DNA of 61,740 nt, counting the filler, from Sphacelaria rigidula (Eukaryota), in the NCBI GenBank assembly GCA_964200075.2. It is 4 parts of 4 records of this genome, joined end to end, with 100 filler letters (N's around TTAATTAATTAA, not from the genome) between each part and the next. Parts side by side here need not be neighbours in the genome. Positions count along the whole stretch, not along the records: positions 30,923 to 46,281 come from CAXNAA020001782.1; positions 46,382 to 61,740 come from CAXNAA020001783.1; 2 more parts are not named here. One strand, written 5' to 3'. Below are positions 35,501 through 49,607 of this stretch, in pieces (the stretch's first letter is position 1; each line of letters opens with the position of its first letter). Under the pieces are notes generated by a model. That model did not search any database. It saw only the letters and a list, made by a program, of their open reading frames with translations, and was not told the origin of the DNA. A program made the position numbers and the translations under genes.

Positions 35501-38500
35501 CTGCGTGTTACCAGTGGATGACATATTTATTCACCACGTCCTCACTCGTGTTGAAATACTGTAGTGGGCTGGATACCAATGTCTGCACACACGGTGCCAT
35601 CAATGAATGTCCAGATCTAGTCGGATGTAAGCACCAACACCGAGACACTGTGCGTTCTAGGCGAGACGAATCCTCTGCAATATGGTCTATCGGGCAAATA
35701 CCCTCAGGTTGCCTGGCAATCGAATGTCGTGTCCGTGGTCTCAAATAGCAGCTGAATGACATCACACAAGTTTTACTTCTCAAAGACACACCTCCACGAG
35801 GCTCGTCCGCAGGTGTAGGCACGCTGCAGAAAAATCTCGAACAATTGCTGAGCGTGATACCGGTGTCGCTCGCTTGGTGAAAGGACAAGCACCTGTGCCT
35901 GTTTGTTTTTGGCGTGGATGGAATGTAAGGGTGCGGCGGGCGGAAGGGATAGGGTACCATGTAAGAAATGGCGGAGATCCAGCATCATGCAAGGGTACTT
36001 TCATGGTAGGTTAGAAATTGGAGTTGCTGGTCCTGCTGTGAGACGTTCGCTGGATGATGGTCTCCATTCAGCTTGGATTTATTTCGACAGTAGTTCGGCA
36101 ACAGCTTCTACCTAACTCCTAAAACCTCTTTCGAACCTTAATCAGTTTTTAGACTAAACACGTGCATGCAGTATGAGTTAACTACTGTAGACTGAACTGA
36201 GTCAACTGTGATCATCAAAATATATTGCGTACAGATAACTAACTGAGCATGCAACTGTGACACAAACCTTTGTTCTCATGCTTGACGGACTTGCTTTTTT
36301 TTCCGATTACGTCCTGTCACTCAGTGTTCTACAACAACCGTCCATTGATGAAACGTAATCAAACACACTGTACGTCTCGTCACGCTGCATCCGTTTATAG
36401 ACAAACCTAATCGTGCCTTCTTTGTCAAAACCTAGCGCTTGCCATGGTCGGCCTATCTGGCCACCGGTGATCTACTTAGATGCAGAACACTGCACACGGA
36501 AAAACCCAAATAATCTACTACCGTCGCGGACACTTTCTACAATAGCCCCCCCCGCCCCCCCAAAACCTGGTCAATGTTCAAACGACAAAGGCAAGCAACA
36601 CATGAGTACGCCCCCCCCAAAAAAAAACAAAGCAAAACAGCCCAAAAGTGTTACGAAAAAATGGACATACAGCGCCTGATGTTTGGGTTCAGTCTGCATG
36701 AAGCGCCTCATATGGGCGACATTGGCGAGAACGAACCCAAGCGTGGGAATCCCCAGCTACTCGTTGTGATCGCCTTTTTCCATTTCGATTTACGTGAAAA
36801 ATTTGTCTCCCCGAACCAGGCCCTTTTTTGGAGACGGCTATCATAGCAAGTGTCCACGGTACGGAGTTCGGGAAACTCTCCTGGCATCTGAAAAGGGTGG
36901 CGTGGTAAAGGGGTCATGACATTTCGAGCGTATTCCATGCGTCACTATTGTGCGCTCAGGGGTCATGTTATATTCCTGCGCGTGGTTGACAATAATTGAT
37001 GACCGTAAATTAAAAAAATGAAGAAAAATGGAGTGACGTTTCCGTCATCGGCCAAAGCTATTTCACGCAAAATTTCGCTTTCAATACCGTGCGAGCCGCT
37101 CCTTAAATTCTTGGAGTATGCTTGCATATGTAACGGGAGAAAAATCACACCAGCAACACAAGACACGGCAGGCAAGCGATACCACGAAACATAACACCCC
37201 GCGTGGTAGCAGCCGAGGGTGGTACATTTGGAATGCTTCTCGCTCAAGGAAGTAGCACCACAAAACGTAACCTCGCAAGTCGGCTTGCCTCAGAAAACCA
37301 GAGACTTGCACTTGTAATTCGGTGCGCGTTTTGCCGGCAGCGTCGTGTGTTTCATGTGCACATCCCGTTTCAACGTGAATGTTCCAGTGTTATATTCCAA
37401 CTTTTTTCTCTGTAGTTGGTAACCTCTCATCCTCCGTCATTTTCGGTATTTATTCTGTTGGTTCCTGACTCACCGATCGCCCTCCGACGAATGTTAAAAC
37501 GATGGCCGTGCCCACTGCCCACCGCCGCATGTTCAAGTCACGATTTCCCCACAAAATTGCCTTTTTGGGGTGAAATAACACTCTGAAAAACGTTTGGGCT
37601 GTCGATCTCTTCCCGGAGACGTCCCTCGACAAGAATAGTTTCCCAACCCGTATTTTGCGACTACGGGAAACACTCGTGGGTTTGTACCAGGCTGTAACGC
37701 CCCACCTGGATGATAACTCCCACAAGGTGTACGAGGCAGCGGCTGCTGAACTGTATGTTGCTGTCTACAGCGATGAGCTGTCTGTACTGCACATTTCCGT
37801 ATTTGCACGCACTATGCAGTGCTCTATCTGTGCGACTGTACTGCATGTGCCGCTCAGTATTACTGTCGGTGTTTGTGTATGCACGCGTGTAGTACACAGC
37901 TATGTGCTGCAGCTGTGTGTACTGTCTGCACTGTTGCATATCGGTAGTGGCTGCATTTTACGGTTGCTGTGCCGTATATTCATGTGGTGTGTGTTATTTG
38001 CTGTTTGCTGCTGTACTTAACGTACTGTCGGTACAGGTAGGTGCAGTATTCTTGAGTGGGAGGCATTTTGAATACAGTCCATTCTCGACAGACTTTGCTC
38101 TCCCGACAACGTTCATCTCTCCCTCAACAGCCTGCTTTATTTACAATACGAACCAAAAAGCACCTGCCTGGAGAAGGGGAGGGATCTCGAAGAAGGTTTC
38201 CCCCAGAAAATATATTGAAATATGTAGAAGAGTTGAAAAGCTCACGCGGGGAAATACGCCTCAGCTGTCCCTAGATCACGAGTTTTTTCGGACTACAAGG
38301 AGCGGCCGTGAGTGAAAATGAAAAAGGAGATAGCACGTCGGACCGGGACAGCACTGTAATGAAAAATCCGCGTCGACACGGGGAGATGGTGGGGTAAAGG
38401 GGGGCAGCACTACGGTCGACGTGAGTTCGAGACAAGCGCCGTCGTAGTTTTCATGGAGCTCGCGTGTCATATCCAAATACCGTACAAGAGTGCGCCATGG

Positions 38501-41500
38501 CCAGACAGACAGTGTATTCATGGTAAGGCACTCTTGGTGTATGACACATACAATCCACCCCCTGTCGCGCGGCCAAAGCCGCGAGACTTCGGACCTAGCG
38601 ACACTCACGAGCAGGGATATGTGTTGGCATAGTTGAAGAGCAGCCGGGTTATCTCTTGTCTCCTGTGTAGACCGTACTTCCTTGGCATGAATATATATCC
38701 GCTGCGTCTTCCCTGTATCAAGCCGCCTACAAGCCGAGTCTGCCAGACCCGCAAGGCCACACACATTGTGATATCACTGTCACAGCTCCCAAGCGGTAAC
38801 AAGATACACGCTAGCTTATCTTGAAAATGAAACAGGCACAAACACAGCCGCCTCACCCACAGTAAAGCCTCACGGCGGCATCTGTTGGCGCGCACGTTCC
38901 CTGTATGCCTAGTCAAACCCGGTCAGCCCACCTCTATGTCGTGCGTGTACCGTAGAGTACTTTCGTGATGTCTTACAAAACCCACAACAAGCATCGAAAG
39001 CTGTAGTCCACACCGAAGCTTGAGGTGACTCTCCCGACAATGGAGGTCAAGCGTGACAAGAATTACAGACACCCGCCCAAATATCTCCTTGTATTCCTTG
39101 CTAGCCCTTGGGTTTGATCGACAGCCAGTCTCGACCAGAATACAATATTAGGTCAGGTGGGTGGATGCAGAGTCTACGAAGAGTTCGAAGCAACACGCCG
39201 CACGAAGTGGAACCTCACCTCGTGAACAGCCCCTAGTGGGAGCCAGACGTGTTTGTTCTGGATACTTCAGCCGTGTTCACCTTACAGCTCAACCTAGATG
39301 CTGTTTCCGGCCGATATCTCGTTGCCAGCTGGAGGGGTATGATGCTTCGAAGCCGTTCGTTCTCTTCATGGGAGGAAATATGGGACGTGTGTCATTTTCC
39401 AGTGGGTGGAATCAGCATGGTTCGGGGGTGTAATTCACCGTACAACCGTTTCGGCCCGCGGGATGACACCCTGGCAGTAAAGTAGTGGGGCTTAGATTAT
39501 GCCTCAGAGAACATACAGTGGGTCTTACAACGCCGTCGTTCCCCGAAGACAGTCAGGTTTAGATCCCTTAAGCTACCGCGAGGAGACCATTTGTCCATGT
39601 ATATACAAAGACTCACGCCAATCGCAAGTGGACTTGCCTATGGGGGGAGACGAATGTCATGTGTTATTGGGCGAGATCAGCCGTTTATTTACGGCACTCT
39701 TCTACTGCAACGTGTGGTATCTTGGTCCAAATGTACACTACGGTCTGTGCTACTCCAGGGTATGTTTTGACCACAAGGGGCTTGTTGGAGGAAGGAACAC
39801 CGGGGACACTGTCCGGGGATTTTGGAATCTCCACCGTGCTCGCCATCGATGGTCGTTTGGCTCGGGGGGATCAACACTGTTTGTGGATCTGATGGAGTGC
39901 ATTCCGCCAAAGCCGCGTAGTAGTGTATATCGTACAAAGTCATTGAGCACGTGGAGCTGCGACTTGCATTATGATCAAGCTCCAGAGGAGCTTGCAGGCG
40001 TACCCGAGGACAGAGAGATATTCTCCGCTGCGTATATCAAATGGTCAGGAGTTGGGCAGGCACGATGATTTCATCGTACCAAGTCGTGTGAAGATCAAAC
40101 TGTAGCGCGACCACTGCTTGGGTGGTGCTATGTTGCCATCTCATCTATTCAGGACGCCCAGTCTACAGCTTGCGCCACTGTGTGTGCCGAATCACCCCGC
40201 TTTACTGTACTACACCGTACGGAGCAGAACTGTAGTGTGCTGGGTCCACTGCACTACGCTGTATTGTACTGTAACGACACATGCGACATACGGCGCTGGC
40301 AGAGCTGGATCCGTGGTTCTGTGTGCTGCAACTGTCTTTCGGGGTGTGTGCCTCTTATCGGGAGGGGGTAGTGAAGCTGACGACACTTGGGGGCGTGATT
40401 GTATGGTCGGTCGGCTTTCGCAAGCGGGGTGGAGGGGCGGGGGCGTTAGGACATACGATCGGCATACCTCCAGCATAGGATCTGCACGTCCCCACAAACG
40501 CCAACCAGCCGGTTACACGACAATAAATGGGGACTTTGGGGAGAAACGATGGTTTCTCGCACCTAGCCTTGTGAGGATATCATTTTGCAGTGAGGTTGTA
40601 CGTGCCGAATTACAACCCTTTACCGTGCTGCACTCTACACTGTACTACTCCAATCATATCATATGACGCACAGCTCTGGCAGAGCTGTATCTGCGGATTT
40701 GCGCCCCAGATGTCTTCATGTGGGGGGTGATCGATGTAACGGCAGGGGGCCGTGAAGCACATGAAACCCGGGCGTGTGATCATTTTGTCGGTGTTTTCAA
40801 GAGGTGTGGCGGGGTGTCACGACATCCGATTGGCATCCATCCGTTCAAAAAATAATCTGCACGTTCCACGAACGTCAACCACCGAGCTGGGCACACGACT
40901 AAGAACTAAAGTCTCAATATATGAACAGCTGGTGAGCCTATGTATACCATTGGTATAGCTAGTCATAGAATATCAACAATACGATCGCCTATATCTGGCG
41001 TTGCGTCAAAGCGCATCGGGCCTGTCGTGGCTGCCGCATGTCGTGCCGGTCGGTGTCCGCAGGACTACAGTACAATATAACAGTTTATGTACCGCATGTC
41101 GCCGCGAAAAGATCGTGTTTCTTCTTTTTCGGGCATGGCAAAACCAGATGGTCAGACCGTTACAGCGTGCTTTCTTTCAGAATCGCCCCGCTTTCAGCTG
41201 AAATAGGATACAGCGAAGCCCCTCCCATCCGATCCTACCCTCTAATACCGACAGAAAGCACACTCATCGGCATTGGATCGATAACCAAACCACGGGCAAG
41301 CGCGGACGAAAGCGCTGGATCATGACAAAGCTGATGGATCATGACCGTCATGACCCGAATACTGTGTGCATTTTCCTAGTACTGCAAGCGTTCTACCGTA
41401 CGGTGTATCCACCCTCCAGAGGGGGCGTGTGTTTGTAGCTCACCGTCGTCTAGGTTTATGTTACCGGGCTACGATACATTGAAAATTGAAGAGTTGGAGG

Positions 41501-44500
41501 ATCGGAACTGGTGCTGCGAATGTCGCACTTATTTTTATCGTTTGGGAGTTACCGGCTCTGTCTCGTCTGTGACGGGTTGTCATGACGGGATATAACACCC
41601 CCTCCGCAGTCCTCGTTTACATCGGAAGGCAACGCACGCTTGTGTGGTCTTTCTCGCAGTTCAGGTTTTGTTTTTAAAACGGTCGATCCGAACAGGATTG
41701 TGTCGTGTATTTTCATGCGGTTGTGCCGCAGCCCGTATCCTTAGAGCCCACAACTCCCCGCACATTGAGATGATTGCGACCACCCCTCTTGCATAAAATA
41801 CCAACACAAGCACGGAGGCAGTCTCAAGTCCCAGGGTATGGCGTTGACCGCAGCCGTCATGCTGATTCAGGGGGTGAGGGCCACCCGAAAAATATCACAC
41901 CGGGCTCTAACTAAGATGTGAAACATTGACTTTCTTTACCCCGATGAAAAGATGACGACCACGATCCGCACCATGTCCCAAGACTCGGTTGTAAGATCCG
42001 CAGTGCTGTGTGTTGGCGCGTGAGTATACAGAAGAGGTGGCGCGAGCCATCTCCATGTGTGGGGATATGTGGGTTGTCAAGAGTGGGATACATCACACAA
42101 AAACAACGCAACGCTGTCCGACGGGGTTCCAGAAGGAAAAAACAAAACGACACAAACAAAAAAAAATGGCATATCCCCATTTGATGGGGGCCCAGATACC
42201 GCCGCTGCAATGGAGAGGACTGAAAACACCGACTAAAATTCGCTGTCAAAGATGGTGACGAACAACGTTTTCGTGAGATTTAGAGTAGAGGGCTGACTGA
42301 AAGCGGTCTTGATCATTCGCTTCTATCTGATAATTTTTTCATTCCGTGTGTAATTTTCTCTGCCTCCATCAATAGCGTGTGCTTATTACAGCTACACGTC
42401 GATATCCTACTCGGGGAAATCAAGGGCCTCGATTGCAAGCTACTAAAAACGTGCAGTATCGGGCCTCGTGGAGGGGCATTTCGGAACTGAAACGATTCAT
42501 TCACTAATTGACCGTTTTTCACTCTCAATCGTATCCTCTACACTCAATCTCACGAAAACATTGTTATACTCGTTAGTGCACGCTCGCGCTCTTTTCAACA
42601 GAGAGGTCAGGCATCGTTGCAAAACCACGCGAAGTATGGTACAATATGAGCTACACAAACTAACGTCTTGTCCATTGTTGTTGTTGCAAACAATTTCATT
42701 TCTCAGTGACAGAATGTCAGCCCAGGGTCAGTGCGCATTTGAAACCTACTCTTCGCGTGTGTTTTGGGTAGCTTGGGGGAAATGGCGTATGCCACACAGC
42801 TTCCGAGGTGTTCAATCACTGCAAGCGATAACCACATGAAAGGTGAACATGTGGGCATGGGAAATGTAGGTACAAAAATCTCCACAACTACTCGTCATTT
42901 CAGCAGTTCGGTGCCGATTTTTTCCCGGAACAATGGAAGATTGGCAGATTGTCCTCCCTCGGAAAGACGTCCTGCACTCTCGGAGAAGCTTCCAGTGCAC
43001 TTCTTCCATCTTCCGCACCTGGTTTGACTTCCGGTCGGACTAGCAATTCACACGAGAGCATACAACTTGGGGAGCGATCAACTTGGGCGGTCAGAAGTGA
43101 TATAGATCGAGAACAGGACAGACCAGGAGCGTTTCGCGGAGGAGTCTGCTCCTCACGAAATCTATGTTGCGCCTGATCCATCCACTTACCATCGATCTCC
43201 CAGTTCTTACGAGAATATCAGAGAGTCTCACAAAAAAAATCGAATATTGCGATCATCCTACGAGAAATTGCCGGTCTGGCCAAGAAGAGCCGAACCGGGC
43301 GTACGAAAAATCAGAACGTGTGCGCTGGAACCCTCCCAGAAAGTACAACGTATCTATCCGAGAAGGCACAATCAGACAAGTTCTTTCTTCGAAACGAAAT
43401 CGGCACCAACCCGCCAGCAGAGAGGCATTCTTCCGAAAGTTGCTCGTTGAGTAAAAAACGTTTATGCGACAACGTCTACTCTACAATATTGCAGTGTGTA
43501 GGCGACGGTGGATAACACCCCTCGGGCGCGTCCGGCGCGCTCCCGGCAGAGATGTCTCTATCGAGTTTTTCCATAGCTAGTGAGGGGGTAAGATTGCATC
43601 GAACCGGCCGAATATGAAAAGGTTTCCGACGAAAAAAGTCATCACAGTTGGCTGTGCTCGACACAATGTGTACCCCGACCACAGTCGCAGAAGACGCAGA
43701 AGGAGGCCTTTGAAAGGGAGGAGGACGGGGCGAAACAGAGGCGGGGTGGTATACAACATTACCTATATTTATAAAAGCAGCAATATACATGGTGCAGTGG
43801 CCGCATAGCGGCAGAAACCCAAGAGGGCGATTGAAATCGCACGTTGGCATGCCACAACACAGCGCATGAAACCAAGACTCCGTGAAGATCAGATTCTCCT
43901 CTTTTTTTTTACAGCTCGGGGACGCTTTCCTAGTTCCCCGCAGTTTCAACCCGAACGGCACAGGATTCGACGCGCACTCCAACCAATCGTGGACCTCTTG
44001 ACCGCCGGAGGTGTCCATTCGTTGAATCGGCACCAATCCCAGCCCCTTCTCAAGTGAAAATGATGCTGATTCCGCAAATGGACACCTCCGGCGGTCAAAG
44101 GATTGAAGCCCACACTTGTCAGAGCAGCATGCCGTGTCTGATTTGTACACTCCAACATCCGGCGACATCACAACAACTTCGCCATAAATAACAAAACATC
44201 TCGTTTTGCTAGGTGTCCACCATCAAGCACCAGTGAAACGTAAATTGATTTATATAACTCCACTTAAAAACCTTGAATTGACACATCAGACACGGTATTT
44301 TCGTGCCCATGAGTAGGGCTTCATCGCTCGCTCGGCGTGCTCTGAACAGTCGGCCATTGAGGTCAAAACTGTACGACACTACTCGTAGGAAGGACTTCCC
44401 GACATGAAAAAAGAAAGAAAGAGAGAAAACGTCATCTTCACGCACTCTGTCACGGGTGTTCGTGACACAAGCTATGGTTCTACCCAAGTCAACGTGATCT

Positions 44501-45305
44501 GATGCGTCGCCATGGAGCTCGACATACACTGCCTTGGTAACACCGACAGGGCACAAAGTTGTTGTGGATGACATGGTGACAACTCACGCCTCTCAGAGCA
44601 ATCGCGATGACATATTTCTAAATCTCAAACAGGGGGAGTGTCCAGGGTTCATGGTGATTGTTTCGTGGGAGCGAGGTCGACGATCTCCATCCTCCGACAC
44701 ATCTACCCGACGCCTGTAATGTTCTTCGAACTGCATGAGTGGTTCCAAGTCCTCTGTGCTCAAGTAGAAGCGCAGGCTGTCACCGCACGGCACCTGCACC
44801 AACAATGGTCGTGTCTATTTACGGCCGTGAGCAAAAAGCCCACGCGGCCGATCCGAAGTCAACAAATTTTTCGCAGATATTTCGGGGCGAAAGTACGTAC
44901 AGCCGATTGCAAAACAAGACTTGTTCATCCGATGTTAAACTGATGGCCGAAGAAGACATAACTGACTCTGATACACACGATTGAAGCATCCTATTTTGTT
45001 CTCAGGATCATGTCCCGCGACCCACCCACCCACCAACCCTCACAAGCCCCCAGAAGCGCAGTATTTAGACATCATACCAAGATACGGCACATGCCCGCAC
45101 ACGGACAACTAAACAGTACGGGTGTCAATCAACGCCAATTCCGTCAGTATGCATAACAGTATACCCTACCGAACGAGAGGCAGACGGCTTGCACATCATC
45201 TTCGGTACAAGCATTTGCACAGCCTACACCTGCAGAGTTTTGGGAAGTTGAACGTCCCCGTCCTCCGACGACCGTGCCTCGCGAAGGCGACAGGTTCCTC
45301 GGATT
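32570..45305 (-). CDS. Candidate multi-exon gene of unknown function (partial model)
   Basis: Phase-compatible candidate exons 45305-45230 (IRGTCRLREARSSEDGDVQLPKTLQ), 44793-44707 (VPCGDSLRFYLSTEDLEPLMQFEEHYRRR), 44532- (AVYVELHGDASDHVDL), 33919-33865 (AWNNETSGPEAEEEDSQR), 32612- (DEEISSSKTQAK); middle exons unresolved. Confidence 0.4.
32645..33836. mobile_element. Non-autonomous element built of degenerate ~40-bp tandem units (tgggtagagta.tgagatcatacccaa); further fragment ~34335-34430
   Basis: More than 15 degenerate units; weak terminal inverted similarity. Confidence 0.7.
34480..34900 (+). mobile_element. Non-LTR retroelement 3' end with (AAC)n tail
   Basis: Homologous in reverse to 58020-58345 (cagtagcccgaatggtcgcct; gatgcccagtac.gagtactgcgcagata), then an AAC repeat. 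Confidence 0.7.
34951..35020 (+). repeat. Minisatellite, ~16-17-bp unit (tcatattgtcccgtca), 4-5 copies
   Basis: Direct inspection. Confidence 0.65.
35050..36110 (-). pseudogene. Decayed PIF/Harbinger-like (DDE_Tnp_4) transposase
   Basis: Fragments LFEIFLQRAY.. and IWTFIDGTV (catalytic GFIDGT-type motif) in the expected order, with stops. Confidence 0.55.
38300..40100 (+). pseudogene. Decayed Ty3/Gypsy pol (RT to integrase)
   Basis: RT-like PYFLGMNI followed by integrase zinc-finger-like GGDECH..FY..W..VHY..CYSRVC..K; frames broken. Confidence 0.45.
43994..44102. mobile_element. Solo variant of the 100-bp piggyBac-type MITE
   Basis: TIRs cctcttgaccgccggaggtgtccatt / aatggacacctccggcggtcaaagg; core tcaagtgaaaatgatgctgattc. 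Confidence 0.7.
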
Positions 45306-46281
45306 CTTGGAGGGAAAAGCACCGGGGGATGACAGGGAGCCAACTGCGCCCTCCCTTCGACAGCACTTCAAGTGTAAGCCCCAGCATCCAGGGTCTTGCC
45401 GAGTTCTCTCCGCTGCGTCAGGTGCGTCCAAGACCGCGTCTACTGGATGGCGTCGCTTCACAGTAGTGCCAACAACTACGTATTCAATGAAGCAGCTCTT
45501 TCGAGATTCCGCGCCCCATGGCCTGTGTCCCGCACCACCGCCCTCTCCTATCCTAGACTCATGCTTCTGTCGTACGAAGCTTTCCCCCCCTCCCACACCA
45601 GTACAACCTAACCTGCGGGCCAATAATAAGTGCGGTAGAGGGAAGCGAATAAATATCCAGCAAAGAACTAATTTCATAAACTGCGGCGATGACCATTCAT
45701 TTTGAACGATATTTGGGGTTTGTTTCCTGAGACGGCGTGCACTCGTGGGCGACAGTCACCGCTCTGCACTGCGCAGAATGAAGCAACAGTTAATTTGTTC
45801 TACTTTCTCGACGCTACAAACTGATCGTCGTGAGCGTCAAATGGGCAGTATTCTCAGCATAGATTTAATGAATTGATTGCCTCGCATTAAGTGATACCCG
45901 AGAAATGCAATCGTGGTCATCATCCATAAGATAGATGTACCCAAGGTGAACACAACGGAAAGACAGAGTAAACTGAGCAAAACGGAAGGCGAACAAAACA
46001 GGGAAGGGACGGAAAGGAGGTTAAGGAGACGAGTAACCGATCCCGACAAGAAACGAGAACTGAACAGACGCAAAATCGGAAAACGGTAACATGGCGACGG
46101 CATTTCCGACACCAGTTACATGCATCCGAGAGGCACGATTCGAGCCAAAGTTGCGCACCGCACCGCGAATGTAGAGAAAAAGTATATCTTTGAACTTTCA
46201 CGGCGAATCAGGGGGGTCTCTGGATTGGAAATGACCAACCCCAGCCCCCTACGAGCCCCTTTTTTGGGCCCGATTTTTTCA

Positions 46282-46381
46282 NNNNNNNNNNNNNNNNNNN
46301 NNNNNNNNNNNNNNNNNNNNNNNNNTTAATTAATTAANNNNNNNNNNNNNNNNNNNNNNNNNNNNNNNNNNNNNNNNNNNN
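46282..46381. other. Artificial scaffold spacer
   Basis: N44-TTAATTAATTAA-N44. Confidence 0.97.
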
Positions 46382-46529
46382 GTCGTGCTGGGTTGAGGGG
46401 GGGGGGGGGGGGGGAGGGGGGGGGGGGGGGGGGGGGGGGGGCGCTATCGTAGAAAGACCCGTACAATTAACATTCAATTACACCATTGCATCAATATTTC
46501 GAGTAACGCAACGAAAATTCGAACAAATA

Positions 46530-48300
46530 TTCATTGGACTGCCCCGGAATGGGCGTTTGTTTTTAGTTTTTCATCTTGAGGCATTCCATACCGGCGGCCA
46601 GGTGTCTTGACACCAAACACCCTGGAAGCCGGTAAAGAGCGGAGAAACTTGAGCATATTATTGAACACTTCTCTGATCCAATTTGGAGCATCAATGCGTA
46701 CCAAATCGCCAAGTTTGAGGGCGATCATTGCTGTTCTACGACAGGTAGAAGGGATTCCGTCAGCGGGTTTCGTGTTTTTGTTTTGTGCGTTATACGAAGT
46801 ATATCATCAGTGACAATCCGACGACGAGAGAACACCACACCACCGAAATACCACGGTATGGGTATGATGCGAGACCATTCATACTGTGTTGAAATCTGTC
46901 TTTTTCCCGTTCGATTCCCGAGCTGATGGTGGCTACTGCGAATTGACAAATTTTCAAATTGGGTAAACAGTGTGTTGGGAATCCGTGCTGTTGACTTCAG
47001 AACAACTTGGAAGCCGCTGACTGGTCGAGGCATCTTATCGCCCAAGGCGCCACCGCTATGGCCTTGAACAAAACGCCCGCAATGTCGACTTCTTCAGTTT
47101 GTCCGTGTCGGTCAGTATGATACCACGTATGCGACAATCGGATACGTATCGCGAACGGCGATTTCTGATCAGCAGTTTTTGGATCAAAAGCGTGAACCAA
47201 TCTGTACATTGACGTAAATGACACTTCGGTACTTCTAGTATCTCCCATGCAGTGACGGGTGCTGCGAACTCTAGTCAATCAGGTAAGAACACCGAAGTGG
47301 CTGCTAGGCCCGCTACTGTGGATGGGAGTAACCCCAGCTTCACTGATGGACTACTGAGCATCGATTGGAAATACGTTTTGCTGTCTGAGTGGCGCCCCGA
47401 TAGGTATGAGCTGATTTTTATGAAACACGCAAGCACTAATACACTGTTGCAATTATGCTTGTGCGTGAAAGGCTATGGCGCCAGATACCCCCCTACAATG
47501 TACTTCTACAGCACCAGCACAGACGGACAGTAGAAGGAGTGCCGGAAGAGCGGTCATCGATTACTCTGCGACCTCTGCAGCACAACGTTCTCGAAGACAA
47601 ACCTTGTTGCTCTCTTGATTAGTTTCACGTATGTTGCCGGGTGCAGTGCTCAGTGTGCATTACTACGTGCTGATGAAGATTCCCTGGCCATCCGACTGAC
47701 AAGCTAGCTGGACTACTAAGTTGGAGGTTCGAAATTCGGTTTGTCCCACTAGGGGCTGCTCCTGTGCTCGGTGGTCTTGGCGACTTTATCTACACAGGGG
47801 CCAACAATTTACATGAAACACCCTTGAACACAATTGTGTCCCGGAGTAGTACGTCCCGTGGAACTGATATCTGGGGTGTAGATAAGTGTTTGTTGTCAGT
47901 CATTCCACTTTATAAAATGGGTTACGGTCTTGTTATCTACCGCGAGGGTACGAAACACACCCACCTCAACGGCAAGCTACACTACCGCGGGGAGGCGTTG
48001 GGGTTGCCCCATACCTACTCAGCACAGCTACTAAGAAGCGGTGGTAGATCGTCTTCGGTACCGGAAACTGCGCCTTGGTGTACTACAATGAAAGACGTTC
48101 CGTGAAACTTAACCGCCCTGTGATTCGCCACGGATGTCGACTTTCAGCTCGTCAACCAACCTGGTAATGCATTTACTCTTGCGTCTGTTGGACATGAAAT
48201 TCCCGCCTGTGTTCCTGGACCCCAAACGGCGGGTCCCGTGCACCTTGACGCACAAATGACAGCAACAGTAAGTGCCTGGCCTTTTCAGACTACCGCAGCA
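46530..48300 (-). pseudogene. Possible decayed Ty3/Gypsy RNaseH-integrase
   Basis: Fragments TDNKHL, MGDTRS..YVSDCRI and AVAPW in Gypsy order; highly degenerate. Confidence 0.35.
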
Positions 48301-49607
48301 CCAAGTGCTGTAGTGCGGTATAGATGAATGAACTACGAAGGTGCCATTCCACAGCTAGCCTTGATTAATCCGGTAGTGCAGGCCAGTATGAGCAATCTAA
48401 ATCTCAGCCGCAACGCGCACAGGTAGGTCGTTGACTGGCGGCACGCGTTTTTTGTAATATTTCGTGTAAGCACGAGTAGCTCTAACATGGGATCGGCGCC
48501 TTTGCCTGTTGCGTTTCTAGCTCAGGATTCCAGTAGTGCATATATCATTGTGCCGCAGAGACCAACTGCTTACCACAACGTTTGGCATGCCGCGCCGCTT
48601 CTGATCTGATCGATTGATTGTCGCACTTGAACTGACCCCCCAGGGGTCATGATCCAGCCGTGGTCTCGTGATAGACGTACCCAAGGAAAACGAAACTGAA
48701 ACACGCTCTGAAGAAAAGAAGGAACAGAAAGAAAAAAAGGTCGAACAGAATGACATCGCAGACCAAATCGTAACGAAAAAAGATAATTAAACAGTCAACG
48801 CAAGCAAAGCACAGAAAGAAATGGCCGACCTGAAACAAAAGAAAAAGAAGAGGAAAGTCAAGAACAAATGTAATAGAATTACAATACAACAAAACGATGA
48901 AAAACAAAAGAGAAAAGAAAAAGACCCCAGGGATTCAGGGCAGCAGAGTAGATACAGATACACACCATCTCTTTTGCTACATATCCGCGTTGTCGTGTCG
49001 TGTGGTGCTTTGTCCTGCCGTGCCGTGCCGTGCCGTGCTGTGTAACGTTAGCGTTTCTTCTCCCCTCTCGACACGAGAGGTGAAAAGATAATTCACAGGT
49101 CGAGATCGATTCAGGTACCCGCAGCGTCCGGCTGGCAACGGCCGCGATTTCTTCATGGCTGACGCGAAGCGGAAACTCTACAATAGTTCGGCACTTGACT
49201 CGAGCATGTAGCCACATGAGTGTGGAGACATAAACGTGCGGTACTACAGCATGCGATGTGTTGTAGCTAGCTCCGGATCGGGGGATTCTACAGATGTATT
49301 CTGCTCAACAATAAGGCACGTCATGCATCGTGAGCTCGTCCACTCGCCATCGCAGTCAGATATATTATGGAGTGTGGTGTACCTTCCTGCAACTCGCACT
49401 GCTGCGTTTACTGCTCGCCGCAGCTCATCACGTGCGATGTCATAGCGCTGCAAATTCACTCCTAAATGAAAACACCATTCCGAAACAAATCAGCAGACAC
49501 AACGGTGCAGCACCCAGCATACAGTACAGTTGGACAGAGGATGGCAGAGAATGGCATTGTGAAGGAGGGGTCCACATGTGCACTCGCTTCATAATGACCG
49601 TCCGTCG

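Noticed and set aside
45196-45387. HSP70-like peptide MLGLTLEVLSKGGRSWLPVIPRC
   Set aside because: Weak resemblance only; its phase runs into a stop in the next candidate exon, whereas another frame splices cleanly.
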